A DNA stretch of 32,000 nt from Nitrosomonas europaea (GCF_900167395.1 NZ_FUWK01000008.1:11772-43771); one strand, 5' to 3'; numbered from the stretch's first letter, positions 1-10,803 are shown. Translations and numbers: made by a program. The notes: generated by a model from the sequence alone, not told the origin.

Positions 1-1146
1 CAGGCTGCCAAACAGGTCATTTTCCAGAAGATACGTGATGCCGAGCGCGAACAGAATCTGAATGATTTTCTTGATCGCGGGGAATATCTGGTGTACGGCG
101 TGATCAAGCGTATGGACCGTGGAAATGCAATCATTGAGTTTGGCAAGATCGAAGCAGTTCTGCCACGCGACCAGATGATTTCACATGAAAATCTGCGCAT
201 GGGCGACCGTGTCCGTGCCTATCTTCTGAGAATCGATCGGTCGGTGAGAGGGCCACAGCTGGTATTGTCCAGGACTTCACCGGCGTTTCTGGCCAAACTG
301 TTCGAGCTTGAAGTGCCCGAGATAGAAGAGGGGATTCTGGAAATCAAAGCAGCAGCGAGAGATCCTGGTTCCAGAGCAAAAATCGCTGTCAAATCGAATG
401 ACAGTCGCGTGGATCCGATCGGTACCTGCGTGGGTATGCGCGGTTCGAGAGTACAGGCAGTTACCAGTGAGCTTGCCGGTGAGCGGGTGGATATCATTCA
501 GTGGTCGGATGATCAGGCCACATTCGTCGTAAATGCTTTGGCACCCGCTGTGATCAGCAGCATCGTGGTGGATGAGGAGAAGCATTGTATGGATATCGTG
601 GTGGATGAGGAGAATCTGGCTCAGGCCATCGGCCGGGGCGGGCAGAATGTCCGGCTGGCATCTGAATTGACGGGCTGGCAGCTCAATATCATGACAGAGG
701 AAGAGTCACAGGAAAAAACTGAAGAAGAAGCTGCTTCCATTTGTGAGCTGTTCATGGAGAAACTTGATGTCGATGAAGACGTCGGGCGTATCCTGGTGGA
801 AGAGGGATTCTCCACTCTGGAAGAGGTCGCCTATATTCCAATTGAAGAAATGTTGGAAATACAGGAGTTTGATCGTGAGACAATTGAGGAGTTACGTAAC
901 CGTGCCCGTAACGCCTTGTTGACGGATGCCATTGCGACTGAAGAAAAAATTGGCCATGCGTCCGAAGCGCTGCTTGCCCTGGAAGGAATGGATATCGAGC
1001 TGGTGCGTGAATTGGCGGAAAAAGGGATCAGTACTCAGGAAGAGCTTGCTGATCTGGCGGCAGATGATCTGGTCGAATTGACGGGCATAGACTTTGAACG
1101 TGCAAGTAAAATTATCATCAAGGCACGTGAACCCTGGTTCGCATGA
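1..1146 (+). CDS. nusA: Transcription termination/antitermination factor NusA, C-terminal ~380 codons (5' end lies left of the window)
   Basis: Frame 1 is open from base 1: [18 protein letters not shown] precedes the track's first Met at 91. There is an S1-like segment ([16 protein letters not shown]), a KH motif ([18 protein letters not shown]) and an acidic C-terminal helix-hairpin-helix region. It is followed by infB-rbfA-truB, as in the classical nusA-infB operon. Confidence 0.95.
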   Translation, partial: QAAKQVIFQKIRDAEREQNLNDFLDRGEYLVYGVIKRMDRGNAIIEFGKIEAVLPRDQMISHENLRMGDRVRAYLLRIDRSVRGPQLVLSRTSPAFLAKLFELEVPEIEEGILEIKAAARDPGSRAKIAVKSNDSRVDPIGTCVGMRGSRVQAVTSELAGERVDIIQWSDDQATFVVNALAPAVISSIVVDEEKHCMDIVVDEENLAQAIGRGGQNVRLASELTGWQLNIMTEEESQEKTEEEAASICELFMEKLDVDEDVGRILVEEGFSTLEEVAYIPIEEMLEIQEFDRETIEELRNRARNALLTDAIATEEKIGHASEALLALEGMDIELVRELAEKGISTQEELADLAADDLVELTGIDFERASKIIIKAREPWFA

Positions 1147-1246
1147 TTCCCGGTCAGGGCCGGATAGTCTCGTACATGCGGGCAGGGAAAAGGGAATGTT
1201 TGTTGTGTTTTCGGATTTTTGTTGGATTTGAAGTAAAAGGTTGCTG

Positions 1247-3910
1247 ATGACTCAAATGACTGTAGAGCAATTTGCGCATGATCTGGGTATGTTACCCGGC
1301 TTGTTGCTGGAACAGCTTCAGGCTGCCGGGGTAGATAAACGTTCTGCAGCAGATTTTGTCACGGAGCAGGATAAGACCCGGCTTCTCGATTATCTGCGTA
1401 AATCGCATGGAAGTAGCGGACCAAGAACCAGGATCACTCTGGCGCGTAAACAAACGACAGAGATAAAACAGTCAGACAGCACAGGCAGGCCGAGGACCAT
1501 TGAGGTCAAAGTCAAGAAAACGCGGGTGCTGACCAGACAGAATGAACCTGAGGTGATTGAAAAAAGTGTGAGTGAAGAACCCGCACCTTTGAAAATGGTC
1601 GAAACGCCGGAACCGACGATTGTAAAGTCGGTTGTCGATGCTGAGCAGATGGCCTTGCGTGCTGAAGAAGCCAGGAAAAGATCAGAGTTGATTGCCCGTC
1701 AGGCTGCTGAGCTGAAAGAAAAGCAGGAAAAAAGGAGACAACAGGCAGCTGCTCAGGCGAACGTGAAAAAAGAACCGGCCCCGGCTGAGCAGGAATCTGG
1801 GCCGGCGACAGCTGTCACGCCGGGATCAGTGACTGAAATTTCATCCAAATTGCCGGAAACAGGTGCTGCAGCCACGCCTGCTACTTCAACTGCTCCAGCG
1901 ACAACCTCGACGACTGCAGCGACCAAGGGACATGCTCCTCAGAAACCGGTTGTCAAACCGGAAGAGAAGGGTGAAAAGAAAAAGAAGCCAACCAAGCAGG
2001 ATGCCTGGAAGGATGAGCCGGTCAAACGTCGTGAACCGAAAGCACGTGGTGATCTGTCTGGCGGGCAGGAATGGCGCATGCGTAAGGATAAGCACGGCAA
2101 ATATAAGTCAGATGAATTGCAATCCCAGCATGCTTTTTCGGTACCTACTGAACCGGTCATTCATGAAGTCTTGATTCCTGAAACTATTTCAGTGGGAGCT
2201 TTGGCGCAGAAAATGGCAGTCAAAGCAGCAGAGGTCATCAAGGTACTGATGAAAATGGGTAGTATGGTGACGATCAATCAGATGCTCGATCAGGAAACTG
2301 CCATGGTCGTCGTCGAGGAGATGGGGCATATCGCCAAGATTGCTGCGTCGGATAATCCCGAGTCTTTCCTGGAGGAGGTTGATGTATCTTCCGATGAAGC
2401 CAGGATGGAACCACGCGCCCCTGTAGTCACGGTGATGGGACACGTCGATCATGGTAAGACCTCGCTGCTCGACTATATTCGCAGAACCCGTGTTGCAGGA
2501 GGGGAGGCCGGTGGAATTACCCAGCATATTGGTGCCTACCATGTCGAAACTTCACGCGGGGTGATTACATTTCTCGATACGCCAGGACATGAAGCGTTTA
2601 CTGCGATGCGGGCTCGCGGTGCCAAGATTACCGATATCGTCATACTGGTTGTGGCTGCGGATGATGGTGTGATGCCCCAGACGATTGAAGCCATTCACCA
2701 TGCGAAGGCGGCGAATATCCCTATTGTCGTGGCGGTCAACAAAATGGATAAGCCGGAAGCCAATTTTGATCGTATCAAACAGGAACTGGTCAATCATGGT
2801 GTCGTCCCCGAGGACTGGGGAGGTGATGCCATGTTCATTGGTGTTTCAGCAAAAACCGGTCTGGGAATCGACGAATTGCTGGAAGCAGTTTTATTGCAGG
2901 CAGAAGTGCTGGAACTCAAGGCTGTCCGGGAGGCGCCAGCCAAAGGCGTGGTGATCGAATCCCGTCTGGACAAGGGGCGTGGTCCGGTTGCGACGGTTCT
3001 AGTTCAATCTGGCACTTTGAGACGGGGTGATGCGGTTCTGACTGGAGCCGTGTTTGGAAAAATCAGGGCCATGCTGAATGAGCGGGGTAAATCCATCAGT
3101 GAAGCGAGTACCTCGATTCCCGTTGAGATTCAGGGGTTGTCAGAAGTCGCAGTTGCCGGAGAGGTATTTATTGCGTTGGATGATGAGCGCAAGGCTCGCG
3201 AGATTGCTCTTTTTCGCCAGGGTAAATTCCGTGATGTGCGACTGGATAAGCTTCAGGTGGCAAAAATGGAGGATGTATTCGGTCAGCATGAGGACGTCAG
3301 TACACTTAATCTGATCATCAAAGCAGATGTGCAGGGATCTTGCGAAGCACTGGTCTATGCGTTGAAGAAGCTGGAAACCGATGAAGTGAAAATCAATGTC
3401 GTGCACAGTGGAGTGGGAGCGATCATCGAATCTGATATCAATCTGGCTCTGGCATCCAAGGCTGTCGTCATCGGGTTCAACTGTCGTGCCGATCTGGGCG
3501 CGCGCAAGCTGATCACTTCAACCGGGGTGGATGTGCGCTACTACAACATCATTTACGAAGCGGTCGATGAAGTCAAAAAAGCATTGTCAGGAATGATGAT
3601 GCCGGATCGCAAGGAAAAAATCCTGGGTATGGTCGATATTCGTGAAATTTACCGGATATCCAAGGTCGGAGTCGTGGCCGGTTGTTATGTGCTCGAAGGA
3701 TTGATCAAACGTGATGCGCTGGTAAGGTTATTGCGCGATGGTCTGGTCATCCATAGTGGTAGTCTGGATTCTCTGAAAAGATTCAAGGAGGATGTTCGGG
3801 AGGTGAAATCCGGTTTCGAATGCGGGCTTTCATTGAAGAATTTCAATGATATTCAGCAGGGTGATCAGATCGAGGTGTATGAGATTGTTGAAACTGCTCG
3901 TGTGCTGTGA
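1247..3910 (+). CDS. infB: Translation initiation factor IF-2
   Basis: GTPase motifs are present: [12 protein letters not shown] (G1), DTPGHEAF (G3) and NKMD (G4). The N-terminal region is Lys/Glu/Ala/Pro-rich and low-complexity, as is typical of IF-2. The ORF opens at TTG 1241. ATG 1247 sits 6 nt after AAAGG (1236-1240) and is my preferred start; ATG 1256 is also possible. Confidence 0.95.
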   Translation: MTQMTVEQFAHDLGMLPGLLLEQLQAAGVDKRSAADFVTEQDKTRLLDYLRKSHGSSGPRTRITLARKQTTEIKQSDSTGRPRTIEVKVKKTRVLTRQNEPEVIEKSVSEEPAPLKMVETPEPTIVKSVVDAEQMALRAEEARKRSELIARQAAELKEKQEKRRQQAAAQANVKKEPAPAEQESGPATAVTPGSVTEISSKLPETGAAATPATSTAPATTSTTAATKGHAPQKPVVKPEEKGEKKKKPTKQDAWKDEPVKRREPKARGDLSGGQEWRMRKDKHGKYKSDELQSQHAFSVPTEPVIHEVLIPETISVGALAQKMAVKAAEVIKVLMKMGSMVTINQMLDQETAMVVVEEMGHIAKIAASDNPESFLEEVDVSSDEARMEPRAPVVTVMGHVDHGKTSLLDYIRRTRVAGGEAGGITQHIGAYHVETSRGVITFLDTPGHEAFTAMRARGAKITDIVILVVAADDGVMPQTIEAIHHAKAANIPIVVAVNKMDKPEANFDRIKQELVNHGVVPEDWGGDAMFIGVSAKTGLGIDELLEAVLLQAEVLELKAVREAPAKGVVIESRLDKGRGPVATVLVQSGTLRRGDAVLTGAVFGKIRAMLNERGKSISEASTSIPVEIQGLSEVAVAGEVFIALDDERKAREIALFRQGKFRDVRLDKLQVAKMEDVFGQHEDVSTLNLIIKADVQGSCEALVYALKKLETDEVKINVVHSGVGAIIESDINLALASKAVVIGFNCRADLGARKLITSTGVDVRYYNIIYEAVDEVKKALSGMMMPDRKEKILGMVDIREIYRISKVGVVAGCYVLEGLIKRDALVRLLRDGLVIHSGSLDSLKRFKEDVREVKSGFECGLSLKNFNDIQQGDQIEVYEIVETARVL

Positions 3911-3960
3911 TACTGAGTTCTGTGAAGTGAGTGGTTCTCCGGATTGAAGAGGAGGTGATC

Positions 3961-4314
3961 ATGTCCAGGGATTTTTCGCGTACTGTACGGGTGGCTGACC
4001 AGATTCAGCGTGAGCTGGCTTTGCTGATCCAGAATGAAATCATGGATCCAAGAGTTGGGATGGTGACACTGACCGGCGTGGAAGTAACACGTGATTATGC
4101 CTATGCCAAAGTTTTCTACACTACTTTGGGAGGGGATGAAAATATTCAGCTTGTTGAAGAGGGATTGAAGCACGCAGCTGGCTTTCTGCGCAGTCAGCTG
4201 GCTGGCAAAATCAGGCTGAGAGTCGTTCCACAGTTGCAATTCGTTTACGATGAATCGGTCGAACGCGGTATGAAACTCTCTCGGCTGATCGATGAGGCTG
4301 TAGGTAAAGCCTGA
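3961..4314 (+). CDS. rbfA: Ribosome-binding factor A
   Basis: MSRDFSRTVRVADQIQRELALLIQNEIMDPRVG and VTRDYAYAKVFY match the RbfA N-terminus. A strong RBS (AAGAGGAGG, 3947-3955) lies 5 nt before ATG 3961. The track's GTG at 3931 would add an unconserved leader. Confidence 0.92.
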   Translation: MSRDFSRTVRVADQIQRELALLIQNEIMDPRVGMVTLTGVEVTRDYAYAKVFYTTLGGDENIQLVEEGLKHAAGFLRSQLAGKIRLRVVPQLQFVYDESVERGMKLSRLIDEAVGKA

Positions 4315-4411
4315 CCCGGAAGGTTGATATTTGAATCCTGCCGCTTCGATTTTCTGATTCAACTTACTGTAAGGTCTTCCCCTGTCCCAATCTGCCAGCA
4401 TCAGCGGAGTT

Positions 4412-5341
4412 TTGTTGCTTAACAAGCCTTCCGGTATTTCATCCAATCGAGCACTTCAGATCAGTAAGCGTTTATTGTCGGCCGCCAAGGCAGGGCATAC
4501 CGGAACATTGGATCCAATGGCACAGGGGCTGCTGCCGATCTGCCTCGGTGAGGCTACCAAATTTTCCTCTACTTTGCTAGGTGTGGATAAAACCTATATT
4601 GCGTCCCTCAGACTTGGTTATATCAGCAACACGGGAGATGCCGAAGGTGAAATCAGACAGGTGGTCGGTTCTGATGTAAACCCACCTGATTTCGGGCAAG
4701 TGACCGGGATTCTGCAAACATTTCTCGGTCGATCCAGTCAGATTCCACCTATGTTCAGCGCATTGAAACAACATGGCAAACCGCTTTACCGGTATGCACG
4801 TGAGGGAATTACGGTTGAGCGCAAAGCACGGGAAATCGTAATTCATGCTGCGTCACTCGATACTTTGTCAGGTTTTGAGATGACGATTACGGTTCGATGC
4901 AGTTCAGGTACATATGTCCGAACACTGGCTGAGGACATCGGAAAGGCACTTGGTTATGGCGGTGCCTATCTCACAGCGCTTTCCCGTATCAGTGTCGGTC
5001 ATTTTGAATTATCCCAGGCCTGTGATCTGGATCAGCTCGAATCCGAGACTCCTGTCAATCGTCAGAAACTTTTGTGTCCGATCGACAGTCTTCTAAACGA
5101 TATTCCTTCCATAGTACTTGATGATGATGAGGCATTACGTTTGCGACAGGGACAGAAAATCAGGAAAAACATGTCTCGATATGGATTACCGGTCAACACA
5201 CAATTGAAGTTGTACGATGATCGCAATGTTTTTCTTGGCCTCGGTGAACGGATCGATCCTGAAGTCATCGTGCCTAGAAGAATGATTTCATTACATGAAG
5301 TTGTTACGGGTGCGATAGCCGGTTCGGTGGATTTACAGTAA
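4412..5341 (+). CDS. truB: tRNA pseudouridine-55 synthase TruB (start codon uncertain: CTG 4382, TTG 4412 or TTG 4415)
   Basis: Contains the catalytic-Asp motif GHTGTLDPMAQGLLPICLGEATKF, plus a C-terminal PUA-like region. The conserved N-terminal motif ISGVLLLNKPSGISSN begins at 4400, upstream of the track's TTG start. An in-frame TAA lies at 4370-4372. Confidence 0.9.
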   Translation: MLLNKPSGISSNRALQISKRLLSAAKAGHTGTLDPMAQGLLPICLGEATKFSSTLLGVDKTYIASLRLGYISNTGDAEGEIRQVVGSDVNPPDFGQVTGILQTFLGRSSQIPPMFSALKQHGKPLYRYAREGITVERKAREIVIHAASLDTLSGFEMTITVRCSSGTYVRTLAEDIGKALGYGGAYLTALSRISVGHFELSQACDLDQLESETPVNRQKLLCPIDSLLNDIPSIVLDDDEALRLRQGQKIRKNMSRYGLPVNTQLKLYDDRNVFLGLGERIDPEVIVPRRMISLHEVVTGAIAGSVDLQ

Positions 5342-5391
5342 GTTTTTATTGCCTGATGAGCGGCAACGACACCAGGCGGACAGCAATACGC

Positions 5392-5397
5392 TATAAT
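5392..5397 (+). promoter_or_regulatory. Possible -10 element (perfect TATAAT) ahead of ccmA
   Basis: TATAAT at 5392-5397 lies in the 67-nt truB-ccmA gap. There is no convincing -35 element. If it is used, the transcript would start about 5404, only a few nt before ATG 5409, which would favour ATG 5436 as the ccmA start. Confidence 0.25.
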
Positions 5398-5408
5398 CTC
5401 CGACTTTT

Positions 5409-6050
5409 ATGACCACAGGCCCATCACCGATTGAGATGCTGACAGCCAGGAACCTGGAGTGTATACGAGGGGAGCACAGACTCTTCAGTAATCTCTCTTT
5501 TTCCGTAAATCCCGGTGAGCTGATGTTTGTGGGTGGCCCCAACGGCAGTGGCAAAACCAGCCTGCTCAGATTGTTGTGCGGATTATCTTTGCCTGATGAT
5601 GGGGAAATTTACTGGAATGGAACTGATATCCGGAAGCTGGGAGTGGATTATCGCGACGTGATGACTTACCTGGGGCATCTGGGAGGCATCAAGGATGATC
5701 TGACAGCTATCGAGAATCTGCGGATATCTTGCGCACTGGCAGGTTGTGAGATCGATGAGGATCAGGCGGCAGATGCATTGGGGCAGATCGGGCTGGCTGG
5801 ACGTGAAATGCTGCCCGCCAGAGTGTTGTCGCAAGGGCAGCGCAGGAGAGTGGCTCTGGCTCGTTTGCTGGTGACTCGAACCAAGTTATGGATCCTGGAT
5901 GAGCCCTTGACTGCTCTTGACGTTGCAGCGGTGGAGCTGATCAAAGGCATACTGGAGCATAATCTGGCAAAAGGAGGTATGGTCATTATGACTACTCACC
6001 AGGAGCTCGTGATGAGCACTGTGACGGTGCATCATTTGGTCTTGTCCTGA
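5409..6050 (+). CDS. ccmA: Heme exporter ATP-binding subunit CcmA (alternative start ATG 5436)
   Basis: Walker A (GPNGSGKTS), ABC signature (LSQGQRRRVALARL) and Walker B (LWILDEP) are all present. MLTARNLECIRGEHRLFSNLSF, from 5436, aligns with the E. coli CcmA N-terminus as I recall it. Confidence 0.92.
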   Translation: MTTGPSPIEMLTARNLECIRGEHRLFSNLSFSVNPGELMFVGGPNGSGKTSLLRLLCGLSLPDDGEIYWNGTDIRKLGVDYRDVMTYLGHLGGIKDDLTAIENLRISCALAGCEIDEDQAADALGQIGLAGREMLPARVLSQGQRRRVALARLLVTRTKLWILDEPLTALDVAAVELIKGILEHNLAKGGMVIMTTHQELVMSTVTVHHLVLS

Positions 6051-6056
6051 TTCGAT

Positions 6057-6716
6057 ATGATCTGGTGGATAATCAAGCGGGATTTGTTGCTGGCAATGCG
6101 TCGACGTTCCGACGTGCTGACGACCCTGTTCTTTTTTGTCATCGTTGTCAGCCTGTTCCCGCTGGGTGTGGGGCCTGAGGCTAGTATATTACGGATAATG
6201 GCATCGGGTGTGGTATGGGTGGCTGCTTTGCTGGCTTCGATGTTGTCGCTGGGCCGTATGTTTTCCAGTGATTATGCGGATGGAACTCTGGAACAGATGC
6301 TGCTTTCCCCGGTTTCTCTGTCTGCGTTGGTCATGGGTAAAGCAATATCACACTGGCTGGTGACCGGGGTTCCGCTGGTGCTGATGGCACCGGTATTGGG
6401 GATCCAGTACGATTTGCCGGTAGAGGCATTGATTGTGCTAACGCTCTCACTGTTGTTGGGGACGCCTGTGCTGAGTCTGATTGGTGCGATCGGTGCTGCG
6501 TTGACATTGGGGTTGAGGGGAGGGGGTGTACTGGTATCGATACTGGTTCTGCCGCTCTATATTCCTGTGCTGATTTTTGGAACAGGCGCAGTCGAGGCAA
6601 GTACTGCCGGAATGGGGTTCGGGGCGCATTTTTCGATATTGGGTGCATTTTTATTGGTTTCCATCGTTTTTTCACCTTGGGCGACTGCTGCATCTCTCCG
6701 GATTTCCATGGGCTGA
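6057..6716 (+). CDS. ccmB: Heme exporter permease CcmB
   Basis: A 219-aa polytopic protein. LFPLGVGPE, GTLEQMLLSP, GGGVLVSILVLPLYIPVLIFG and ATAASLRIS are collinear with E. coli CcmB. It starts 6 nt after the ccmA stop. Confidence 0.93.
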   Translation: MIWWIIKRDLLLAMRRRSDVLTTLFFFVIVVSLFPLGVGPEASILRIMASGVVWVAALLASMLSLGRMFSSDYADGTLEQMLLSPVSLSALVMGKAISHWLVTGVPLVLMAPVLGIQYDLPVEALIVLTLSLLLGTPVLSLIGAIGAALTLGLRGGGVLVSILVLPLYIPVLIFGTGAVEASTAGMGFGAHFSILGAFLLVSIVFSPWATAASLRISMG

Positions 6717-6820
6717 TCTCAGCAATCAGGGCTGCAAGTAGCGGATGGTGAGGTATTTGGTAAGGTAAAAGCAAGTAATTTCGTTTTCTGCCGGATTAAT
6801 TAAGAGAGAATATTCAGGAC

Positions 6821-7564
6821 ATGACAATCAATTGGTTTAAATATGCCTCTCCCGCGAGTTTTTATTTTCTGGCGGGGCGGATGATTCCCTATTTTTCCAT
6901 TGCGGCAATCATTTTTCTGATCGTGGGCCTGTATATCGCCTTTTTTTCTGCCCCGACCGATTTTCAGCAGGGTGAGGCCTACCGGATTATTTTTATCCAT
7001 GTTCCAGCTGCCTGGATGTCGATGTTTTTGTACGTAGTCATGGCATTCTGGGCCGGGATAGGACTGGCGTTCAATACCCGTCTTTCATCCATGGTGGCAA
7101 GTGCCATAGCACCGACGGGTGCCATGTTTACTTTCCTTGCTTTGTGGACGGGGGCATGGTGGGGTAAGCCGATGTGGGGAACATGGTGGGTCTGGGATGC
7201 CCGTTTGACTTCCGAATTGATTTTATTTTTTCTGTATATCGGTTTTATGTCATTACAGGCCGCAATCGATGACCCAAGGCGTGCGGACAAAGCCGGAGCC
7301 ATTATTGCTCTGGTTGGGGTGGTCAATATTCCGATCATTTATTTTTCGGTTCAGTGGTGGAATACCTTACATCAGGGTGCCTCAGTCAGCCTGATTCAAT
7401 CACCCAAAATGGCAACTGCCATGCTGTCGGGCATGTTGATCATGGCGCTGGCGGTATGGATGTACTCGATTGTAATGATTCTGATTCGGGCCCGTCTCAT
7501 CATTCTGGAGCGTGAACGCCACACGGCATGGGTGTCAGAATTGAAAGAAGGAGTGTTGGAATGA
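6821..7564 (+). CDS. ccmC: Heme lyase/exporter subunit CcmC
   Basis: Carries the tryptophan-rich WWD signature WGKPMWGTWWVWDARLTSE. The N-terminus aligns with E. coli CcmC, and the C-terminal WVSEL motif is present. Confidence 0.95.
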   Translation: MTINWFKYASPASFYFLAGRMIPYFSIAAIIFLIVGLYIAFFSAPTDFQQGEAYRIIFIHVPAAWMSMFLYVVMAFWAGIGLAFNTRLSSMVASAIAPTGAMFTFLALWTGAWWGKPMWGTWWVWDARLTSELILFFLYIGFMSLQAAIDDPRRADKAGAIIALVGVVNIPIIYFSVQWWNTLHQGASVSLIQSPKMATAMLSGMLIMALAVWMYSIVMILIRARLIILERERHTAWVSELKEGVLE

Positions 7565-7743
7565 AATGGGAGAGCGTATCTGATTTCTTTGCCATGGGGG
7601 GGTATGGCCTTTATGTATGGGGATCTTACCTGGTTGCAGTATTGTGTGTAATTGGCGAGATTATCGCGATTCGTATTCGTAGGCGAACTTTATACAAGCA
7701 TCTCGGTCTGAGAAAAAGATCAATTCTGCGAGGAGAGAAATGA
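7561..7743 (+). CDS. ccmD: Heme exporter small subunit CcmD
   Basis: A 60-aa single-TM protein ([30 protein letters not shown]...). ATG 7561 overlaps the ccmC stop as ATGA. The RBS GAAGGAG (7547-7553) is 7 nt upstream. The track's earlier start at 7528 lies inside ccmC. Confidence 0.85.
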   Translation: MKWESVSDFFAMGGYGLYVWGSYLVAVLCVIGEIIAIRIRRRTLYKHLGLRKRSILRGEK

Positions 7744-8189
7744 AGCCACGTCATAAAAAAATGGCTGTCATTGCATTGAGTGTCAGTGCTTTGACAGTTG
7801 CAGTCGTATTGGTACTGAACGCATTTCAGAGTAATCTGGTTTTTTTCTTCAGCCCCAGTCAGGTGGCTGCCAAAGAAGCTCCTATCGGAAAAAGTTTCAG
7901 AATAGGTGGGCTGGTGGAAGAAGGCTCACTCAAGAGGGAGGGAGATGGTACAACTCTGAATTTTGCCATAACCGACACTGCTGAAGTCATTCGAGTGGTT
8001 TATACAGGGATTCTTCCCGATCTGTTTAAAGAAGGGAAAGGTGTCGTGGCACAAGGAAAAATGGCAGATGACGGTATTTTTTATGCTGATGAAGTGCTTG
8101 CCAAACACGATGAAAATTATATGCCGCCCGAAGCTGCCAGTGCACTGGAGCAGGCGGCCAAAGCACAGAAAACCTCACTTGCGCAGTGA
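7740..8189 (+). CDS. ccmE: Cytochrome c-type biogenesis heme chaperone CcmE
   Basis: Has an N-terminal membrane anchor, an OB-fold body and the heme-binding His motif [12 protein letters not shown]. Its start overlaps the ccmD stop as ATGA. Confidence 0.95.
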   Translation: MKPRHKKMAVIALSVSALTVAVVLVLNAFQSNLVFFFSPSQVAAKEAPIGKSFRIGGLVEEGSLKREGDGTTLNFAITDTAEVIRVVYTGILPDLFKEGKGVVAQGKMADDGIFYADEVLAKHDENYMPPEAASALEQAAKAQKTSLAQ

Positions 8190-8230
8190 GTTTGTTCATT
8201 TCGTAATTTAACAAGGGATAACTTCAAACC

Positions 8231-10282
8231 ATGATTCCGGAACTTGGTAACTTTGCCCTCATCCTCGCAATGCTGCTGGCCCTGGTCCAGGGAACACTAC
8301 CCATCATTGGCGCGGCACGTGGTATACCCTCGTGGATTGCTTTGGCGCGTCCGGTCACACAGGGACATTTTGTATTTATCGCGATTGCTTTCGGGTGCCT
8401 TGCCTATTCGTTCGTAAATAATGATTTCTCTGTATTGAACGTGGCATCCAACTCGAATTCTGATCTTCCTGTGCATTTTCGTTTTGCTGCAACATGGGGA
8501 TCTCATGAGGGTTCATTATTGCTATGGGTGACCATGCTTGCCGGCTGGTCTGTGGCTGTAAGTGTTTTCAGTCGTCAGTTGCCGGACGATATGGTAGCTC
8601 GTGTCTTGGGTGTGCTGGGGCTGGTCAGTGCTGGTTTTCTGCTGTTTCTTTTGTTTACCTCCAACCCTTTCGACAGGTTGTTGCCGGCAGCAATCGAAGG
8701 GAATGACCTCAATCCACTACTGCAGGATCCGGGAATGGTTATGCATCCACCCATGTTGTATATGGGGTATGTAGGTTTTTCAGTGGCATTTGCATTTGCA
8801 ATTGCAGCACTGCTTAACGGCCAGCTGGATGCAGCCTGGGCGAGATGGTCACGTCCATGGACCGTTGTTGCCTGGATTTTCCTGACTATTGGCATCATGG
8901 GCGGCAGCTGGTGGGCATATTATGAGCTGGGGTGGGGTGGCTGGTGGTTCTGGGATCCGGTTGAAAATGCATCATTCATGCCTTGGCTGGTAGGTACCGC
9001 ACTGATACATTCACTGGCCGTGACTGAAAAACGCGGAAGTTTCAAGAGCTGGACGGTGTTACTGGCAATTACTGCTTTTTCACTGAGTCTGTTGGGGACT
9101 TTCCTGGTTCGTTCTGGGGTTCTGACTTCCGTACATGCTTTTGCAACAGATCCGGCACGCGGGATATTTATTCTGGTCTATCTCTCGCTGGTCGTAGGGT
9201 GTTCACTGACACTGTTTGCATGGCGAGCATCGAAAGTAGGTCTTGGTGGTAATTTTGAAATTGTCTCACGTGAAACTACTTTGCTTGCCAATAATGTATT
9301 GCTGCTGGTGGCTGCAGGTAGCGTATTGCTGGGTACACTTTACCCTCTCCTGATCGATGCATTGGATCTGGGGAAAATTTCTGTAGGCCCTCCTTATTTT
9401 GAGGCTGTTTTTGTGCCTCTGATGGCACCGGCAATCTTTCTGATCGGGTTGGGGCCGATTGCTCGCTGGAAGAAAGCCAGCCTGCCAGCCCTGGCGGTGC
9501 TGATGAGATGGGCATTCGTTGTGAGTCTGGTGGCTGCAGGGATCATGCCGTTCATCATGGGCGAGTGGAAACCTATGGTCAGTTTTGGATTGCTTCTGGC
9601 TTTCTGGGTCATCGCCAGTATATTTGTCAGCATCAGCCATCGACTCCGGAACGGTGGTGAAGGTGGATTGTTTACCAGACTGGCAAAACAGCCAAGGGGT
9701 TATTACGGTATGCACTGTGCACATTTGGGTATTGCAGTGTTCATCATCGGTGTGACGCTGGTCAATGGTTATGAAACCGAGAAAGATGTGCGAATGGAAG
9801 TCGGCAGTACCGTGACACTCAAGGAATATACCTTCCAGTTCAATGGAACCAAGTCGGTTACCGGCCCTAATTACAATGCATCTCAGGGACAGGTCGAGGT
9901 ATTCAGGGAAGGTAAAAAAGTCAGTGAGTTGCAGCCTGAAAAAAGAACCTATACCGCATCAGGTATGCCTATGACTGAGGCGGCGGTTGACATGGGGCTG
10001 TTGCGTGATTTGTATGTTGCACTGGGTGAGCCGTTGGAAAACGGTGCCTGGATAGTTCGTGTCTATCACAAACCTTTTGTTAACTGGATATGGCTGGGTT
10101 GTATGTTGATGGCTTTAGGAGGAGCGCTGGCTGCCAGTGATCGACGTTATCGTCTCGCAATTGGCAAGAAATCGAGGAATAAGGCAGCTTCAGGACCAGT
10201 AGCACCGGAAACTGCAGATATACCGGCCGGGAGCATGGTTACCAATTCAGTTATCCTCTCGGAGGAAGGTGGTAAGGTATGA
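8231..10282 (+). CDS. ccmF: Cytochrome c heme lyase subunit CcmF
   Basis: A 683-aa polytopic protein with the WWD motif WGGWWFWDPVENASFMPW and a C-terminal periplasmic segment typical of CcmF. Confidence 0.95.
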   Translation: MIPELGNFALILAMLLALVQGTLPIIGAARGIPSWIALARPVTQGHFVFIAIAFGCLAYSFVNNDFSVLNVASNSNSDLPVHFRFAATWGSHEGSLLLWVTMLAGWSVAVSVFSRQLPDDMVARVLGVLGLVSAGFLLFLLFTSNPFDRLLPAAIEGNDLNPLLQDPGMVMHPPMLYMGYVGFSVAFAFAIAALLNGQLDAAWARWSRPWTVVAWIFLTIGIMGGSWWAYYELGWGGWWFWDPVENASFMPWLVGTALIHSLAVTEKRGSFKSWTVLLAITAFSLSLLGTFLVRSGVLTSVHAFATDPARGIFILVYLSLVVGCSLTLFAWRASKVGLGGNFEIVSRETTLLANNVLLLVAAGSVLLGTLYPLLIDALDLGKISVGPPYFEAVFVPLMAPAIFLIGLGPIARWKKASLPALAVLMRWAFVVSLVAAGIMPFIMGEWKPMVSFGLLLAFWVIASIFVSISHRLRNGGEGGLFTRLAKQPRGYYGMHCAHLGIAVFIIGVTLVNGYETEKDVRMEVGSTVTLKEYTFQFNGTKSVTGPNYNASQGQVEVFREGKKVSELQPEKRTYTASGMPMTEAAVDMGLLRDLYVALGEPLENGAWIVRVYHKPFVNWIWLGCMLMALGGALAASDRRYRLAIGKKSRNKAASGPVAPETADIPAGSMVTNSVILSEEGGKV

Positions 10283-10803
10283 TGCGATTTCTGCTGCCTC
10301 TCGCGGCATTTGTAGTACTGGTGATATTTTTGGGGGTTGGCCTGACTTTGAACCCGCGTCAGGTTCCTTCTCCACTGGTGGATAAACCCGCGCCGCCTTT
10401 CCGTCTGCAACAGCTCTACGATACTACTAAGACGCTTTCATCCGAAGAAAATCTTGGAAAGGTATGGATGCTGAATGTCTGGGCATCCTGGTGTGTTGCC
10501 TGTCGCGATGAGCATCCTGTGCTGGTTGAGCTTTCAAAACTGGGTATCGTTCCCATTTATGGTCTGAATTACAAGGATCAGCGCGATACCGCCATGCAAT
10601 GGCTCAAACAGTTTGGTAACCCTTATGAAATCAGTATCGTTGATGCGGATGGGAAAGTTGGTATCAATTATGGTGTTTACGGTGTGCCGGAGACTTATGT
10701 GATTGATAAACAAGGAATTATCAGGTACAAACACATTGGTCCGGTAACAGTCGAATCACTGAAAAACAAAATTCTTCCTTTAATCAAGGAACTGAAGAGT
10801 TGA
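10279..10803 (+). CDS. ccmG: Periplasmic thiol:disulfide oxidoreductase CcmG/DsbE
   Basis: Has a membrane anchor, the thioredoxin motif WASWCVACRDEHP, and the GVYGVPETYVIDKQG motif. Its start overlaps the ccmF stop as ATGA. Confidence 0.93.
   Translation: MMRFLLPLAAFVVLVIFLGVGLTLNPRQVPSPLVDKPAPPFRLQQLYDTTKTLSSEENLGKVWMLNVWASWCVACRDEHPVLVELSKLGIVPIYGLNYKDQRDTAMQWLKQFGNPYEISIVDADGKVGINYGVYGVPETYVIDKQGIIRYKHIGPVTVESLKNKILPLIKELKS

Noticed and set aside
1740-2060. A low-complexity Ala/Thr/Pro/Lys-rich tract in IF-2, together with the overlapping small ORFs at 1863-2174, 1886-2095 and 1939-2160.
   Set aside because: A variable, charged or low-complexity N-terminal linker is a normal property of bacterial IF-2. 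The overlapping ORFs are frame shadows.
2766-2778. TTGAT-CGT-ATCAA palindrome, which resembles an FNR site.
   Set aside because: The spacer is 3 nt rather than 4, and it lies deep inside the infB coding sequence. It is most likely coincidental.
3865-4446. A 193-aa ORF on the (-) strand spanning the infB end, rbfA and the truB start. Similar long antisense ORFs occur at 6331-6774, 9266-9724, 19571-20077, 23149-23628, 25456-25842, 26062-26448 and 29533-29904.
   Set aside because: All lie antisense to, or out of frame within, well-supported conserved genes. They have no recognisable motifs or ribosome-binding sites, and their composition is typical of shadow frames.
8197-8206. CATTTCGTAA upstream of ccmF is identical to part of the motif upstream of the small lipoprotein ORF (16214-16223). 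It makes a third copy of the core TTTCGTAA.
   Set aside because: By my rough estimate, an 8-mer occurring three times in about 2.5 kb of AT-leaning intergenic DNA on both strands is expected by chance. This copy also has no accompanying CCGG element.
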